Shown here in pieces: positions 60,825 through 64,000 of a stretch of 64,000 bases of DNA (positions are counted from its first letter, which is position 1; every line of letters starts with the position of its first letter). The stretch covers positions 372,001 through 436,000 of the forward strand of contig JALDZX010000016.1 of NCBI GenBank assembly GCA_022813865.1. Reading direction: 5' to 3'. The position numbers and the translations under genes are program-made. Below the pieces are notes generated by a model. It ran no database searches, was not told the DNA's origin, and saw nothing but the letters and a program-made list of their open reading frames with translations. The stretch is from Xylographa opegraphella. Taxonomy: Eukaryota.

Positions 60825-62036
60825 TCAAGCGATCTTGCGTCCGACATTGCCAACTCCTCTACCCACTACACTCACGATAACATCACCATCCGAGTCTGCA
60901 TCTGCATCTCTCACTCCCCATCCGCTTGCGCCGAAAGCTCGAAGATCTCTGGCAAGTCCAACAATTTCTTCCGTGCCAAGCACCGCCCGACCCATTTGTA
61001 GCCGACCAACATCCTCAGATCCCATTGCCATAAGAGTTAAGACAGTTGGTGCTGCAGCAAGCGACACAGTCCCACCATTGGACACCGTCTCGAGTAGCTG
61101 GTATGCACATTGTGTTCCAATATCTTCTGGTGTCTCGCCACCCTCAGGAGGGGAAGCTAGATCAGCCGAATAAAGAGAACCGGTGGATGATTCTGCGACA
61201 AGAGATAGTCCAAAGCCAATCCCTATTTTTCTCTTCGCATTCGGATTTGACTTGTCAAATACCGGAATTAACGGCGCCGAGGAGACGTCGGAGAATATAT
61301 AAGTATCAGCAGTCATTGGATTAAGTATGCCTCTGGCTGCTTCAATCATTCGTGCATTATTCGAAGCCGACACGCCAGTGCAATAGGCAACTCCACGAAT
61401 ACTTTTGACTCGTCCCGGATTTAGTAAATGTATAGTTTTTGGTAATCGTACTTGATGCCCAAAGACAAGTTGGACTTCTCCACCGCCTCCACTCCCGCCA
61501 GGCCCAGGATTCGATCTTTGAGAGATTCTGAGCTCGATATTGTTTGAGATCCCAAATTGCGCGTATAACGGTAATATAGCTGTTCGTACACTATCTGCGG
61601 ACATGTCCCCGGTCTGCGTAGCCGAGGTTATGACCCCCGGCCCGGTAAAGAAAACATTGATGGGCGCTTTTGAAAAGGGTGCGAGTAGACATAGAGGGAT
61701 CAGAAAATAGCTGATACCCCTCGTACAACCTGCTGGAAGCTCATGTCTAATGACGCCTCCGCTTGAACCAGTACCAGGCGCGCTTCCCGTAATGAGGCCT
61801 GGACGATAAACAACGATGGAGCCGGTATATGATATCTCAATGTTAGAACCATTGGTGACAGCTTCAAGCAGACGTAGAAATGATATCTCATGCGGGGCAA
61901 GTCCAGGATTTAGGGGCGACGTTGGTCGTATCTGAGAAATATGGACTGCTCGGCCGGTTAATGTTGAGAGTACAAGTCGATGGGCGAAAGACTTTTGAGT
62001 TGTGAAGCGCAGAGGCTTCCGGGATTCGTCAGCCAT
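60825..62036 (-). CDS. RCL1: RNA 3'-terminal phosphate cyclase-like protein Rcl1, intronless
   Basis: HRLVLSTLTGRAVHISQIR..PGLAPHEISFLRLLEAVTNGS..ISYTG; LLAPFSK; GFGLSLVAES; PEDIG; MGSEDVGRL. Confidence 0.94.
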   Translation of the reverse strand: MADESRKPLRFTTQKSFAHRLVLSTLTGRAVHISQIRPTSPLNPGLAPHEISFLRLLEAVTNGSNIEISYTGSIVVYRPGLITGSAPGTGSSGGVIRHELPAGCTRGISYFLIPLCLLAPFSKAPINVFFTGPGVITSATQTGDMSADSVRTAILPLYAQFGISNNIELRISQRSNPGPGGSGGGGEVQLVFGHQVRLPKTIHLLNPGRVKSIRGVAYCTGVSASNNARMIEAARGILNPMTADTYIFSDVSSAPLIPVFDKSNPNAKRKIGIGFGLSLVAESSTGSLYSADLASPPEGGETPEDIGTQCAYQLLETVSNGGTVSLAAAPTVLTLMAMGSEDVGRLQMGRAVLGTEEIVGLARDLRAFGASGWGVRDADADSDGDVIVSVVGRGVGNVGRKIA

Positions 62037-62248
62037 ACCAAATGCCTTTCAGGCTTTTAAGGGCGATCGGCTTGACATTGCATCTCGTTGCGACGGATTA
62101 TTGCTACAGCTTGAAAAAGTAGTTAAACTTCCCATCCAAATTTCTGATGCGCGGACTTTACGGACTTAGCCAAGGAAATTCGTTCGCGCTTACGAGCTGC
62201 AGCCGAGGAAGTAATCGTCATTCGCATTTGTAAGAACCGCATTTAACG

Positions 62249-62966
62249 ATGTCTTTCTACAGCGGCATTCTGAGGTATGGCAGTCGCAACGTCTTCCGAA
62301 CTATCCCACGAAGTAGAAACGCCAGTATGTTATCCAGTCCCCTGAATATGCCCAAGTGGTAAGTTATCACAATAGTTATGCATTGATGCTCATCCCTCTA
62401 ACCTCTTGACAGGCTGGAGGAGAACTCGCATCTACTCAAGCCCCCGATCAACAACTATTGCGTCTATAACAAGGATGTCACCGTCATGGTATGAGTCTCC
62501 GTTATGAAGCGCCACGTAGTTTACTTTCGCTGAATTCACTAATCAGATTGTTGGCGGCCCAAATGCCCGCACAGACTATCACATCAATACCACAGCCGAA
62601 TGGTTTTACCAGTACAAGGGCTCTATGCTCCTGAAAGTTGTTGACGAGGGAAAACATCGAGACATACCCATTCGTGAAGGCGAGATGTTCCTCCTGCCTC
62701 CCGACACCCCTCATAACCCCATCCGATTTGCGGATACAGTCGGCATCGTGCTGGAACAGCCAAGGCCGGAGAATAGTGTGGATACACTGAGGTGGTACTG
62801 CCAGAACTGTGGAAATATAGTGCATGAAGCAAGGTTCCACTGTACAGACCTGGGATCGCAGATCAAGGACGCTGTGAACACGTTCAGAGACGATCATGAA
62901 AGGCGAAAGTGTAAAAACTGTGGAGACCTGGCAGACATGGTACCGAGAAATGTTGTGCAGCCGTAA
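62249..62966 (+). CDS. BNA1: 3-hydroxyanthranilate 3,4-dioxygenase (3 exons), with upstream ATG 62249 and conserved ATG 62327
   Basis: PLNMPKWLEENSHLLKPPINN..VMIVGGPNARTDYHIN..EWFYQYKG..PHNPIRF..WYCQNC..CKNC. Confidence 0.95.
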
Positions 62967-63091
62967 TAGAACAAGCAGTTTAACTGAATGGGCGACCGCT
63001 TCACACCTTATGGACCATCGAGAGTGGCAAGTAGATTCGAGGACTTGCTTTGCGTCGCAACGACTGTAGTATTTTGAAAGAATTATAAATC

Positions 63092-64000
63092 TTACTTTCC
63101 GCCATCTTCGCCACCTCGGTGACCCCCAAATCTGCCCCCGAAACCACCCAAATCTCGTTTGAAGAACTTGCCAATATTCCTTAAGTTCTGATTCACATTT
63201 CCGCCAGGTGTGCTGCCTGAATCACCATTTTGTACAACAGTCCCAGGCGGAGGGCTTACGGAACGAGAGCCAGCTGCAGAACTCCCGCCTAAAGCAGGAC
63301 TTCCGAAACGATCGACACCATCCCGGGCAGCCGTTAAAATTGCTGAGCCAAATATAGAGGGATCAAAACGGCCCTGTAAATTGTGCAGTTGAGCTGAGGC
63401 GAGGTTACCTGTTGTAGTTGTAGTGCCAGTATTGACAACAAGTGACGTCAAAAATGCTGAATACTGCGGTAAAGATTCGTTTCGTGGTCCAGATTTATGA
63501 GCAATGAAAAGCTCCATTAGCTGACCTTGATCCTGCTTACGGATACCCTTTAGATCAAGTACTTTCCGGAAATTGACGTCAGACTTGTCGGCGATATGAA
63601 TGAGATAGGCTTGAACAAGGGCTTCTGGAGGCGATGGGCGCACCTGTAGCGTCTTGAGGAGTGGAGAGAGCCGATTCATTTTTTCTTGCACACGTTTGAC
63701 AAAGCCAACTGGAGCAGTGGTCCCTTGAGGCGCGGACAATGTCAGGAGTTCCTCAAATCCTTTGGTAAGCACATATGAGTCAAGTAGCATCTGTGGAATA
63801 GTCCGAATGATCAGTAACATTCATGGCAAAATATAGCTGTAACTCACCTGTTCGGCGCCGACTTCTGAAATAGGACGACACTGGATAATATTGGCGGCAT
63901 ATGTACTTGCTAAAAGCTCGACTAGGTTGTCGCAGAACGCTCTAGCGTATTGCTGCTTGTGTAGCATTGCGAGAATTACCCTGGAACGAGCATTGACGCG
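63092..64000 (-). CDS. VPS53: GARP subunit Vps53, C-terminal part (gene continues beyond the window)
   Basis: QYARAFCDNLV..CRPISEVGAEQ, intron, MLLDSYVL..PLLKTLQVRPSPPEALVQAYLIHIADKSDVNFRKVLDLKG; NIGKFFKRD. Confidence 0.9.

Noticed and set aside
60230..60828. ORFs of 60-90 aa downstream of RCL1
   Set aside because: No homology cues or supported splice structure; likely UTR or intergenic.

Overview
Gene-dense, intron-rich eukaryotic DNA from a filamentous ascomycete. The Pezizomycotina assignment is inferred from short GT-AG introns with CTAAC/CTGAC branch points, a Zn2Cys6 factor and typical fungal proteins. About 30 genes can be built by hand. Most are housekeeping genes in head-to-head pairs: PIC2, sucrose transporter, G6PD, RPL33, VMA21, FUN30, SEC20, MRPL44, IPP1, DUS2, RFC2, DSC4, PPE1, ALG12, dynamitin, SNX4, CLIP-170-like, RCL1, BNA1 and VPS53. 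An accessory-looking block at about 37.6-55.2 kb holds an intact 584-aa gene fusing a HeLo-like N-terminal domain to a G-alpha-like domain with degenerate GTPase motifs (the most interesting item). The same block has a secreted SnoaL-like protein, a decayed NACHT gene, an internally deleted FMO pseudogene, a Zn2Cys6 factor and an efflux pump. Other oddities: an MGMT fused to an uncharacterised N-terminal domain, presequence-like extensions on BNA1 and IPP1, a DUF3602 gene whose introns sit at repeat boundaries, and recurring GC-rich islands where the + strand flips from C-rich to G-rich. No rRNA, tRNA or CRISPR feature was recognised. All family calls come from motif recognition by eye; no database search was run.
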